Below, piece by piece: positions 17,582 through 26,363 of a DNA stretch of 39,330 nt. The stretch spans positions 1 through 39,330 of the forward strand of contig MGHI01000004.1 of the NCBI GenBank assembly GCA_001793155.1. The letters run 5' to 3'. The DNA comes from Candidatus Woesebacteria bacterium RIFCSPLOWO2_01_FULL_39_61 (GTDB lineage Bacteria; Patescibacteriota; Microgenomatia; UBA8517). Every line of letters begins with the position of its first letter. The first letter of the stretch is position 1. The notes below the pieces were generated by a model, which ran no database searches, was not told the origin of the DNA, and worked only from the letters and a program-made list of their open reading frames with translations. The position numbers and the translations under genes were made by a program.

Positions 17582-17823
17582 AAAAATTAATTAAATATTT
17601 GCTGGAAGAGGCAATGGGTATAAAAGACGCCGATATTGAGGAGGTTGAGGAGAACGGTAAAGTAACCTTAACAATTAACGTAAGCCCAGAACTTATCGGG
17701 CTTGTTATCGGAAAAGGTGGAAAAACAATTAAGGCTATCCAAAGTTTAGCCAGGATACGGGGCAAACTTGAAAAAAGGATTGTCTTCGTGAATGTATCCG
17801 AAAGTACTTCAAAATCCCAATAA
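17578..17823 (+). CDS. khpA: KH-domain RNA-binding protein (KhpA family)
   Basis: IGLVIGKGGKTIKAIQSL GxxG loop; rpsP-khpA synteny. Confidence 0.88.
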   Translation: MKKLIKYLLEEAMGIKDADIEEVEENGKVTLTINVSPELIGLVIGKGGKTIKAIQSLARIRGKLEKRIVFVNVSESTSKSQ

Positions 17824-17829
17824 TTTCTT

Positions 17830-18525
17830 CTATTTAAATGGGTTCTCCCTTTGACCGGGCGTAGTAGGCGGTAACGTAGTAAATTCCGGTTGGCTGAAAT
17901 TGGCAACTTTAGTTAAAAGATCCTGCTCCTCTTTTGTTAACTCCCGGAAAGGCTCATTTAGGGGAGGAAGTTGTGTGGGTAAGTCCGCCCAATACGCGGA
18001 GGTTTTTAATTCTCCCTCAAGAGCTCCTGCTTGACTTAACTTAATCGTAAGTTCGTCCAGTGTTGATATCGGTGCACTGGAGATCATATTTTTCAGAAAA
18101 TTTACAGCTGAAAGGAAATTGGGGATATCAAATTCCCCTGACAGCTGCATTTTTGCAAGCTGGTCATTTGTCTTCGAAGCGTTTTTTAGTTCTATCTTAC
18201 TAAGCGAAAGCGAGTTGTTATTAGCATATAAACGCATCTGAGAAATAATTAATATTCCCGGATTTTTATACGGCAATACGACAATCACATCACTGGAATT
18301 GTCTAATATTCCCGGCGGTATGTCTTTTAATTTATCGAGTTTTGTTTGTAATTGATTTTCGGAATTTCTCGTAGTTTTGAGTGTGCTAAGTTGAGTTTTA
18401 ATTTGGGAGTACCCGTTATTCAGAATAATAACAAAAAGGATAATTACGCCCAAAAGAACAGAGATTGGCCCAAGTAAAACCATTATGTTTGGAGTTAATA
18501 TTTTTCGAAAAAGTGACATTTTCAT
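17830..18525 (-). CDS. PilO-like pilus alignment protein
   Basis: N-terminal TM helix, coiled coil, alpha/beta C-domain, ends with RENPF; follows pilM and pilN. Confidence 0.65.
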   Translation of the reverse strand: MKMSLFRKILTPNIMVLLGPISVLLGVIILFVIILNNGYSQIKTQLSTLKTTRNSENQLQTKLDKLKDIPPGILDNSSDVIVVLPYKNPGILIISQMRLYANNNSLSLSKIELKNASKTNDQLAKMQLSGEFDIPNFLSAVNFLKNMISSAPISTLDELTIKLSQAGALEGELKTSAYWADLPTQLPPLNEPFRELTKEEQDLLTKVANFSQPEFTTLPPTTPGQRENPFK

Positions 18526-18529
18526 TTTT

Positions 18530-19054
18530 TTACCTTGATAACGACAGTTTCATTTCGTAACCCTTTGTTGGGCCATACTCCAGAGATACCAAATCTATTC
18601 GTACTAGCTTAACTTGGCTCATAAGTTTAGACAAAAAATGTGTGAGTTCTAAAGAGTTACCAGTAACAATCACCACCTGTGCATTTGCGGGTTTCAGCTC
18701 AACTTCCTCCAAAAAGACATTTTCCTCAAGCGTACCCAAGACATCCTCAAGGATACCGACGCCTTTGTTTATATTATCCGATTTTTCAATTTTACCAATC
18801 TTATCGAGTCGATCCTTAATTAGTATCATTTTTTGCTCTGTTTGCTCCAATGCCTTGATATTGCCTTTAAGCTCGTCTTGCTTTTTAATCGATGAGGATA
18901 TTTGATATCTGAGCAAGAGATAACTGGCGAGTACCACCGAACTCGTCACAAGCATAACAATGGTTGATACGAGTGCAAACTTTTTAAGTGTTTTTGAAAG
19001 TTTGACATAAGATCCCTTGGGTCTTAATTCTTGCGGTAAAAGATTTACGGACAT
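18530..19054 (-). CDS. pilN: PilN-like pilus alignment protein
   Basis: N-terminal VNLLP PilM-binding motif, TM helix, coiled coil. Confidence 0.8.
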   Translation of the reverse strand: MSVNLLPQELRPKGSYVKLSKTLKKFALVSTIVMLVTSSVVLASYLLLRYQISSSIKKQDELKGNIKALEQTEQKMILIKDRLDKIGKIEKSDNINKGVGILEDVLGTLEENVFLEEVELKPANAQVVIVTGNSLELTHFLSKLMSQVKLVRIDLVSLEYGPTKGYEMKLSLSR

Positions 19055-19154
19055 ATTTAATTAAATCTCCAAATTGCTCAATAATTTAGTCTAGTTTTAT
19101 TTTCTTTATCTACCTTTTTCTCTCCAAGTTCCTGAAGAATTTGGAGATCTCTTA

Positions 19155-19193
19155 TTTCTTTACCACACTTTCTTTTTTTGCAAAGAAAGTGTG
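19155..19193. repeat. TTTCTTT tract plus CTTTCTTT/AAAGAAAG hairpin between pilM and pilN
   Basis: TTTCTTTAC then CACACTTTCTTT-TTTTGC-AAAGAAAGTGTG (19164-19193). Confidence 0.8.
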
Positions 19194-19200
19194 AATCAGG

Positions 19201-20214
19201 TTATTCCCTCATGGCTAGACCCACTGCTATAGAATATAGCGGTGCGTAGCCGGCAAGCTGGGTTACAGCTTGAGGATCCACACTAACCTTTGAAAAAGGG
19301 TTTCCGACTATTACTTCTATACCTAGAAGCTTTGTGAGTGTGGAAGCAGCTTCCGGCATCCCGGCTGTTCCTCCGGCTAAGATAGCGGATGTAGGCGAAT
19401 CTCCTTTTTCTTCCGACTGATAAAAATGAATGGCTTTCTTCATTTCGTCAGAAACCACCCTAAAAACCGGGTCAAGAGCTTGTTTTACTTTTCCTTCAAG
19501 TTGTGTGGCTGAAAGACCGTAAGTTCTTTTGTATTCTTCAGCCTGCGTTTCATCGACTCCTAAAAATTGCGAAACAGCCCTGGTAAAAGCCTCACCGGCT
19601 GTAGGGATGGAGCGGGAGAAAACGAGTGTTCCGTTTTTTGCAATAGCAATATCCGAGGACCTAGCCCCGAAATCAACAATCATGCTCGATTGGTCCATCG
19701 GAGCCAAGCTCCTTACCAATGCCATCAATTCCGTTTCTATCGTAGTAAGATTCATACCCGACATTTCGACGGCGCGTGCGTATTTTTCAACCAAAGCCTT
19801 GGGTGCTGCAACAAGAAGAACCACTACTTGGGGTGGAGTAGTATCTTCTCTTCTTTCTACAATCTGGTGTTGTATTATGGCTTCGTTTGCCGGGATAGGA
19901 ATATATTGCTCAGCCTCCCATTTTACAGCCGAGGCAACCTCTGCATCCGTCAAGAGAGGGAACTTTATCGTCCGTGTATAAACTTGGGTTTCGGGGAGTG
20001 CTATAATCACTTCTTTTGACGAAATTTTTGCATCTTTATGCAGTTTTCTAATCGCTTCGGTTAAAATTACAAGTTCCTTTTCGTCTTTACTTTGATCGGG
20101 TGTTTTACCTTTATGCCCAACAATACCCGAGGCTCGGAGACTAAATCCTGCCCCTTGTTTAACAAGTTCAACCATCTTAATAGTTTTCGTACCGATATCA
20201 AGTCCTACAGACAT
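19201..20214 (-). CDS. pilM: Type IV pilus assembly protein PilM
   Basis: Actin-like VGLDIG, WEAEQYIP, VDFGA, LAGG, AVGLAMR. Confidence 0.95.
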   Translation of the reverse strand: MSVGLDIGTKTIKMVELVKQGAGFSLRASGIVGHKGKTPDQSKDEKELVILTEAIRKLHKDAKISSKEVIIALPETQVYTRTIKFPLLTDAEVASAVKWEAEQYIPIPANEAIIQHQIVERREDTTPPQVVVLLVAAPKALVEKYARAVEMSGMNLTTIETELMALVRSLAPMDQSSMIVDFGARSSDIAIAKNGTLVFSRSIPTAGEAFTRAVSQFLGVDETQAEEYKRTYGLSATQLEGKVKQALDPVFRVVSDEMKKAIHFYQSEEKGDSPTSAILAGGTAGMPEAASTLTKLLGIEVIVGNPFSKVSVDPQAVTQLAGYAPLYSIAVGLAMRE

Positions 20215-20284
20215 AATTTATGTATGCTAAAGAAATTAGCACCTAGTCAGTATTAAAAATAATGATTTCATTACGCTCATATTT

Positions 20285-21271
20285 TTATGGTTTGGTTAAA
20301 TTGTTCTTACTAAAAACTGCAGAGTTAAAGGCAGATTGTGGCTCAGGATATGATCTGACAACATGAAGGCTTCTAACCGATTCTCCTGCTGTTCCGGTTG
20401 ACTCGACCCTAAATCCTTGTGCTGGAAGATTGGGAATCGCACCTAAAACTCCGATCCCTACGGGCTGGGGATTGGGGTTATACAATATTCGGACTTTGGC
20501 CATTACCAAGCAATTTGCATTATTTACAGAACAATTGGGAGGTGCGGGTATGAGAGCTGTCAAATTAATAAGGCCGCTGTAAAAGCTGTATCCTCCGCCA
20601 AAAGGGCAAGGACTGGCACTTGTTGAGCCAAAGTTGTTTAAAACCCGTCTTGAAGCCGAGGGGTCGTAAGTTGTACGGACTGCCTTAATATTGGAAAAAT
20701 TATTTGGGCTTGCGAAAGATTGCTGACTGGTATCAAAATAGATTTCGACCTCAATCGCGGGCTGCGCAGCAAGATTGTTACCGAAGCAAACCTGAAGTCT
20801 GTTGGCCCTTGTACAGTTCCCTGCACTGCAAGTTAAAGCGTTTGTGGTGTTGTCGTGCGAAACTAACCAGAAAGTCGCCACCTCGCCCGAAGACAAAAGA
20901 TTCGGGTAATTGTAGGTACTTCCAAGTTGCGGATAGGTAAGTTCCGCATCAAAACCAACATTCGCGCTCGGATCAAGGACTTGAGTCACATTTGTTTGGG
21001 TCAGTAGAACCTGTTCAACACCGGCTTCAGCAGCAGAAAAGGCTCGTCGTGCGTCTTCTTGGTAAGTCGTTGTGGTTAATTCAACCACCGACCGCGACGT
21101 AACGGACAAAACAACTGTCAGAATTACTGCCATAGTAAGAAGAACAATCAACAAAGCCTGTCCTTTTGTATTAGATGAAGAATATAAATAGATTCTACTC
21201 CAGTGTCCTTTAGATATCCCGGCTTTTTTCTTCGAGTAATTCTCTTTTAAGACTTTAGGCAGAATATACAT
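20285..21271 (-). CDS. PilX-like minor pilin
   Basis: KG-QALLIVLL hydrophobic segment without Glu5, AFSAAEAGVE, C-terminal VESTG. Confidence 0.8.
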   Translation of the reverse strand: MYILPKVLKENYSKKKAGISKGHWSRIYLYSSSNTKGQALLIVLLTMAVILTVVLSVTSRSVVELTTTTYQEDARRAFSAAEAGVEQVLLTQTNVTQVLDPSANVGFDAELTYPQLGSTYNYPNLLSSGEVATFWLVSHDNTTNALTCSAGNCTRANRLQVCFGNNLAAQPAIEVEIYFDTSQQSFASPNNFSNIKAVRTTYDPSASRRVLNNFGSTSASPCPFGGGYSFYSGLINLTALIPAPPNCSVNNANCLVMAKVRILYNPNPQPVGIGVLGAIPNLPAQGFRVESTGTAGESVRSLHVVRSYPEPQSAFNSAVFSKNNLTKP

Positions 21272-21404
21272 ACCAAGTCTAGTTTAACAATTGCAGACGT
21301 AAACGGTCAATTGCTAATTGTACGAAGAGACGGATGGGCGTTTTCTAGCTTCTTGATGTTCTACAGCTCATTTCAAAATCTTGAAATGAGGTTTGAAGTG
21401 GGTT

Positions 21405-21947
21405 CTAGTAAATTCTTAACAAGAGTTTTGTTGTTGAGGTTACATCAGCTCCTTCTGCACCGGAGGAATTGGCGTCTCTACCTACCAAATTAATAATAAT
21501 TGAGGGGGGAACACCAGCGGTGGGGGGCGGGCAGTCAAATACATTCCCGGCAGTACAGTCTATATAAATTTCGGTTGAAGTTAGTCTTGCCGATCCCGAA
21601 GCAATATAACCATTAGCTCCACCTACGCAACTAAAATAGGGGTTTGTGGCCGTTCCCCATTCATCTTGGTAGGTTATCTGATTAGGGGTACATCCCCCGA
21701 CGGGTATTCCGCGGGCATTTCTTAAGTGTCTTTCCATAACATTCATTGCATACTCAACATTACCTTTTACCTGGCCTAGGTTTTCGCTTTTCCGGGATCC
21801 CCTGAGGCTCAGGGCTAAGGATTGAACAATAACATAAGCTAAAATTGTGAAAACTAGTAAAACAACCAATAGTTCAATAAGCGTATAGCCTGAGAATGCT
21901 TTACTTTTTTGATTTTTGATATTTGTTTTTTGAGCTTGATATATCAT
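21405..21947 (-). CDS. Minor pilin (PilW/PulJ-like)
   Basis: SG-YTLIELLVVL; MERHLRNA. Confidence 0.88.
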   Translation of the reverse strand: MIYQAQKTNIKNQKSKAFSGYTLIELLVVLLVFTILAYVIVQSLALSLRGSRKSENLGQVKGNVEYAMNVMERHLRNARGIPVGGCTPNQITYQDEWGTATNPYFSCVGGANGYIASGSARLTSTEIYIDCTAGNVFDCPPPTAGVPPSIIINLVGRDANSSGAEGADVTSTTKLLLRIY

Positions 21948-22405
21948 CTATTCCAGTCTGCAAGTTTAGAAATAGATCTAACCGTATGAACACCTTGTGA
22001 ATCAGTCCAGTTAACCGAAATCGTTACCTCCACAAGCCCTGCGTTAATCGCATCATCAGTCAAATTTATATCTCTTGTAAAAATCGTGCCCGTAATAGTT
22101 GCCGTTCCGCAGGAAGACGGTAAACCCCAAGCCGGTGGGGGGTAGGGAAGAGAGTTGATACACCAATTGCTTCCGGCACCTCCCGAAGAGTGCGATTTAA
22201 ATTCATCCCAATCTGCGTCCCTATACTGCCTGATCCACTCAGATCCTTCTTGAGCAAATTCCGTAGCGAGCGCATTATTTAATGAGAAACTGGTATTTCT
22301 AACCGAGGTCGCGGCAAGAGAAACTACTCCGATCAAAAGAATGGAAGCGATAGCCACAGAGAAAAGAACCTCAAAAAGTGACTGTCCGCTATATACCTTT
22401 ATCAT
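21944..22405 (-). CDS. Minor pilin (PilV/PulI-like)
   Basis: SG-QSLFEVLFSVAI; FAQEGSEWIR; VTISVNW. Confidence 0.82.
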   Translation of the reverse strand: MIKVYSGQSLFEVLFSVAIASILLIGVVSLAATSVRNTSFSLNNALATEFAQEGSEWIRQYRDADWDEFKSHSSGGAGSNWCINSLPYPPPAWGLPSSCGTATITGTIFTRDINLTDDAINAGLVEVTISVNWTDSQGVHTVRSISKLADWNR

Positions 22406-22974
22406 TGTATGTTTCCTGCCGGCGTAATAGTTATAGATCTATTAGCTACTCCGCTGTCTACGTAATTAAACGTAAGTACTATATCAGTATTCCGGTCGGT
22501 TCCTCTCCCCAGAACACGAAAAATAAATCTATTTCCGCCGCCAAATGCCAGCAGATTAATATTTTCAGGTAATTCTATTGGTCCCTTTACGGCAACCCTC
22601 TGCCCCCAATCAGGACAAACTGCATAAATCGTATAGCTTGCGGGAATCTCCGGCGGACCCGCTGAATAACCAGTAGTCCTGGAAAATACATATCCTCCCA
22701 AAACATTGGTTTGGCAGGCGTTACCTACCGGCTCTTCGGGTTTTCTACCGGCCAATGCCATCCCTTGGGCAAGCCTCAAATCTCCCATTACCATCCTAAC
22801 CGCACTTTCTAAGTGCTGTCGTCTCTGAAATCCGCGGTAATTTGCATAACCTAGACTAAAAATAAGAACCATAGTCACTATAACTATAATAAGTTCTACT
22901 AGGGTAAATCCTGCCTCGTTTTTACGAAAGTAAACCTTAACTTTACGAGGGTTGGGAAGTGGACTATCGTTCAT
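22402..22974 (-). CDS. Minor pilin (FimT/FimU/GspH-like)
   Basis: AG-FTLVELIIVI; DLRLAQGMAL; ends with ITITPAGNI. Confidence 0.88.
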   Translation of the reverse strand: MNDSPLPNPRKVKVYFRKNEAGFTLVELIIVIVTMVLIFSLGYANYRGFQRRQHLESAVRMVMGDLRLAQGMALAGRKPEEPVGNACQTNVLGGYVFSRTTGYSAGPPEIPASYTIYAVCPDWGQRVAVKGPIELPENINLLAFGGGNRFIFRVLGRGTDRNTDIVLTFNYVDSGVANRSITITPAGNIQ

Positions 22975-22989
22975 ACATTATAAAATTAA

Positions 22990-23036
22990 CCTTTCGACGG
23001 GTTCCAGATTAATGCTGAGCCACGTCGAAGCATTAA
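22990..23036. repeat. REP-like bulged palindrome (CTTCGAC...GCTCAG type)
   Basis: TTAATGCT-GAGCCACGTCGA-AGCATTAA (23009-23036), with a second TTCGAC at 22993. Confidence 0.6.
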
Positions 23037-23554
23037 GGGTTTGTTACACAAAAGTTACAAGTAGCACCTCCACAGGTTGGTGAACCCGTACAAGCAGATG
23101 GTGTTGTACCAGGATCTTCAAGAGCTGCCCAGAACCTGAATCTTGTGCAGTTTGCCACCACACAGCTTAACGGTTCATAGAAATAAGCCTGTCCGGCCAA
23201 AGGATCCCCAGGTATTGCCTCCATATAAATATTTGCTCCTAAACCACAGGCAGTTCCTGTAAATTGATTTCCGGCGGCAGGTATTGTATTGGGGTAGTAA
23301 TTACAATCCGCTTTATAGAGCTCTAAGGCAGAAGCAACAGCTTCCAAATCTGCTTTGCGTTTGGCATCCCTGCCTGATTCTCTGGCCCCGTTTAAAGAAA
23401 AAATAGAAATTGCAGCCAAAATTGCAATTATTGACATTACGGTGAGCAACTCAATCAGCGTAAAGCCTGAGGTAATCTTTTTGAAAATTGGAAATCCCTC
23501 GATTTTACTCGGGATGGTCAGCTTGTCTAACAATTTGTGTTTGAAATGTCTCAT
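23033..23554 (-). CDS. Type IV pilin (GspG-like)
   Basis: SG-FTLIELLTVM; RDAKRKADL..LELYKAD..YP; PGDP; Cys-rich C-terminus. Confidence 0.92.
   Translation of the reverse strand: MRHFKHKLLDKLTIPSKIEGFPIFKKITSGFTLIELLTVMSIIAILAAISIFSLNGARESGRDAKRKADLEAVASALELYKADCNYYPNTIPAAGNQFTGTACGLGANIYMEAIPGDPLAGQAYFYEPLSCVVANCTRFRFWAALEDPGTTPSACTGSPTCGGATCNFCVTNP
23494..23531. repeat. REP-like bulged palindrome inside a prepilin leader
   Basis: ATCCC-TCGATTTTACTC-GGGAT followed by GGTCAGCTTGTCTAAC; encodes LDKLTIPSKIEGF on the minus strand. Confidence 0.55.
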
Positions 23555-23556
23555 AG

Positions 23557-24117
23557 TTAGGGAACAGGACAGACAGCACCCGCAACCGGAATAGTCGCTA
23601 CTTCCCCGGATTCACCGTTTGAGCATACAAACCAGATCGGTGTAGTCGTATCCTGAGGTTGTTCTAATCTTGCATACAAGAAATAATTTCTCGCACAAGG
23701 ACCACCGAGAGCGCATGTTCCGTCACTCCTGAAAAAGTAACGACAGAGGCCACTGGTGCATATACTGTCTCCATCTCGTGGGTCGGCTGAACAATCGCCT
23801 GATCCCAAGCCCAAATCAGTAGTGCACAAGGTTGTATCTGCTTGCACGTCCGTGGTTCTTGACGGATAAAATCCGTTATTCCTGTTAGCGTATACTTCCA
23901 ATCCGCTTTGATATTGCCTCAGGTCGTTTTTTCTCAGTGTATCTCTTGCCCTTCTTTGACTTCCGGGAAACCTGGCAACAAATATCGTCGCAAGTCCGCC
24001 GATAACCGCCATTACGATTAGAAGTTCAATCAAAGTGAAACCATGGTGGGTAGTTAGAAATCGGTAGTCGGTTGTTCGCTTTGAAATTTGAAATTTGAAT
24101 TTTGAATTTTTTATCAT
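23557..24117 (-). CDS. Type IV pilin (GspG-like)
   Basis: HG-FTLIELLIVM; RDTLRKNDL..LEVY..YP; YARLE; 8 Cys. Confidence 0.92.
   Translation of the reverse strand: MIKNSKFKFQISKRTTDYRFLTTHHGFTLIELLIVMAVIGGLATIFVARFPGSQRRARDTLRKNDLRQYQSGLEVYANRNNGFYPSRTTDVQADTTLCTTDLGLGSGDCSADPRDGDSICTSGLCRYFFRSDGTCALGGPCARNYFLYARLEQPQDTTTPIWFVCSNGESGEVATIPVAGAVCPVP
24044..24110 (-). repeat. Two adjacent heptamer tandem arrays encoding a prepilin leader
   Basis: Minus strand: AAATTCA AAATTCA AATTTCA AATTTCA, then CGAACAA CCGACTA CCGATTT CTAACTA CCCACCA. Confidence 0.75.
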
Positions 24118-24148
24118 AAGGCAGTTATATATTTATACCATTTTATAC

Positions 24149-24769
24149 TTAAGGTCTTCCACTTTTCTGCTTCTCCAGAAGTTCTGCTTCGTATTCTTCA
24201 ATAGATCTATTAAGAGGGGTATCCGTAAAGCTCTTACCATAAATGCAAATCTTAACCCCGCATAAAAGATTTCTTTTAACTATATCGCTGTCATATCCTG
24301 CTTCGTCTTGATTTCCTTCGAGCGATGAATAAAGTTGGAATCTTGCGGTGTTTGAAATGTAGATGTAACTAAAACCTTCTCCCGATTTAGGATCCTGAGG
24401 AAAAACCTTAAGGTAAGGTTCATAAGAAGGATCAAAAAGATCAGAAAAAGAATCCTTCCCCCAGACACAACCTCTTAGACCATCAAAAAATTTAGTCCGA
24501 TCAAACCCGGAACTTTCCTTTAACTCTCCGAGAATAGTCTCAAAATTATCACCTTTGCAGGCCTTAATCATTCCAGCACTCGAAGGAGGAAAAAATCCGA
24601 AATCTTGATAATAGCGGTGAAGTGCGTCAGAAACAGAACCCATATCTTGTTTTCGTGTCGAATCCCTTGAACGCCTTAATGCAATTATCATATTGTTGAG
24701 TGTCACCAAAAATACAACGCTTAGTATTATCAGAACCGAGATTAATTCTTTTTTTGTAAATGGTTTCAT
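24149..24769 (-). CDS. GspG-like pilin with degenerate cleavage motif
   Basis: MKP-FTKKELISVL; RDSTRKQDM..LHRYYQDFGFFP; PQDP; YSSLE. Confidence 0.82.
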   Translation of the reverse strand: MKPFTKKELISVLIILSVVFLVTLNNMIIALRRSRDSTRKQDMGSVSDALHRYYQDFGFFPPSSAGMIKACKGDNFETILGELKESSGFDRTKFFDGLRGCVWGKDSFSDLFDPSYEPYLKVFPQDPKSGEGFSYIYISNTARFQLYSSLEGNQDEAGYDSDIVKRNLLCGVKICIYGKSFTDTPLNRSIEEYEAELLEKQKSGRP

Positions 24770-24833
24770 ATGTACAAATTACTACAGATGTCACACTTTG
24801 ATCGAGGGCCTTAGGTAGCGTGACATATGCTAC

Positions 24834-24872
24834 AGAAATCACATTTTAGTGCGATTTCAAAATGTGATTTCT
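24834..24872. repeat. Perfect 14-bp inverted repeat overlapping the pilD stop
   Basis: AGAAATCACATTTT-N11-AAAATGTGATTTCT. Confidence 0.75.
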
Positions 24873-25678
24873 TTATACCTGACAATTATATCTCCCCAAA
24901 ATAGCATTATAAAAAAAGCCGTAATCATGAAAGGGCCAAAAGCTATGTGCTTACCGAAACTCGCTTTACCGAAAATTATAAGAATAACTCCCACCGCTCC
25001 TCCCAGTATAAAACTTAATAAAAACCAAGCCGGGGTTAACCTCCAACCCAGAACTAATCCCAAGCTTATTGCCAATTTAGCATCCCCGAGTCCCATACCA
25101 CGACCTCGCGTAATAATATTTAAAAATATTAGCAGGCTGGAGACAAAAAACCCTGAAAAAAAATGTAAATAAATTTGATTTGTAGCCGAAAGCAAAATTG
25201 CAAAAACGCTTAGCAGTAAAGAAATAAATACTAGTTCATCGGGAATAAATTGATTCTCCAGGTCAATAACGAATATGGGGATAAAAATAAGACTAAGGGT
25301 AGTTATGTAGGGGAGAGAAAGAACTCCTAATACGTGTTTCCAGCTGCATATCGCACTTATGTTTGAGTTACCACAATAGCCTCCGGCCAAAAATAAATAA
25401 ATTAATACAAAAACTACTGCACAAGATACTTCTATTAAAGGGTAGCGTGGGGAAATTGTTTCATGACAGTGTCTGCATCTTCCTCTAAGGAGGATATACG
25501 AGAGTATTGGAATATTGTCAAACCAGGCAATAGTTTTATTACACTTGGGACAGCGCGATCTCCCCGAGATAATACTTATGCCTCTGGGGAGTCGATAGGT
25601 ATAAGCCGACAAGAAAGATCCTAAGACGGATCCGGTTACAAAAAAAATAAGCAGATAAAAAATATGAACATCAAACAT
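24857..25678 (-). CDS. pilD: Prepilin peptidase/N-methyltransferase
   Basis: GSFL..YRLP, RSRCPKC, DNIPILS..GRCRHC, IDLE..IPD, GMGLGDAKL, AFGPF. Confidence 0.96.
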   Translation of the reverse strand: MFDVHIFYLLIFFVTGSVLGSFLSAYTYRLPRGISIISGRSRCPKCNKTIAWFDNIPILSYILLRGRCRHCHETISPRYPLIEVSCAVVFVLIYLFLAGGYCGNSNISAICSWKHVLGVLSLPYITTLSLIFIPIFVIDLENQFIPDELVFISLLLSVFAILLSATNQIYLHFFSGFFVSSLLIFLNIITRGRGMGLGDAKLAISLGLVLGWRLTPAWFLLSFILGGAVGVILIIFGKASFGKHIAFGPFMITAFFIMLFWGDIIVRYKEITF

Positions 25679-25695
25679 TAGTCGCTCATCCTATA

Positions 25696-26229
25696 CTAAT
25701 TAATATAAGACATTGTTCCCTTTGCCCAAGGACTGGGATCTCCGTTTGAGCAAATTAGACCCGTAAAATTGTCCTCGGTTGAAAAAGTAACATAAATTTC
25801 CTCAGGTAGGGTACATTTGCTAGTCTGTTTTTTGGATTCCAATTTAGCAAAAACTAGAGCACCGTAGCTGTTCATGCTATCCTCAGCATAACAAAAAGTC
25901 GGATTAGTTGAAGGTTTTACGTTGGTCGTACAGGAAGTAACTGTCGTATAAGCGTAACGAATGCCTCCCGGAAATCTGCCCACTTCTTTGATGTTCTCCA
26001 GATCCACGTCCCAAGTTGAGTCGGTAGGATACATGTCTTTATTCAGATTATAGTCTAAAATAGCCTTCCCGAGCTGGGTAACTCCTCCAATTCTTCCGGC
26101 ATCCCTAGCTCGAGCAGTCATCTCGGTCGGATTGATAAAACTATAAATAAATGCAGCAAGGGCCCCGATTATTGCTATTACAATAAGAAGTTCAATAAGA
26201 GTAAATCCGCGAAGTAATCGTTTCCTCAT
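25696..26229 (-). CDS. Type IV pilin, paralog of the adjacent major pilin candidate
   Basis: RG-FTLIELLIVI; INP..ARARDAGR..VTQLG; VFAKLES. Confidence 0.92.
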   Translation of the reverse strand: MRKRLLRGFTLIELLIVIAIIGALAAFIYSFINPTEMTARARDAGRIGGVTQLGKAILDYNLNKDMYPTDSTWDVDLENIKEVGRFPGGIRYAYTTVTSCTTNVKPSTNPTFCYAEDSMNSYGALVFAKLESKKQTSKCTLPEEIYVTFSTEDNFTGLICSNGDPSPWAKGTMSYIN

Positions 26230-26286
26230 TGGGTTTTATTGCTTCTATAACTATTCTTAAAAATTACCGTAAATAAAAATAACACA

Positions 26287-26339
26287 AGTGGGGCTTTTAA
26301 GCGCACTTATTAAGTAAGCAGTGCTCAAATAGCCCCACT
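26287..26339 (-). terminator. Long hairpin downstream of the major pilin candidate
   Basis: AGTGGGGCT(26287-26295)/AGCCCCACT(26331-26339) with inner GCACT/AGTGC; T-rich tail on the minus strand. Confidence 0.65.
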
Positions 26340-26363
26340 AAGATCCAACTTTATCAATCATAG

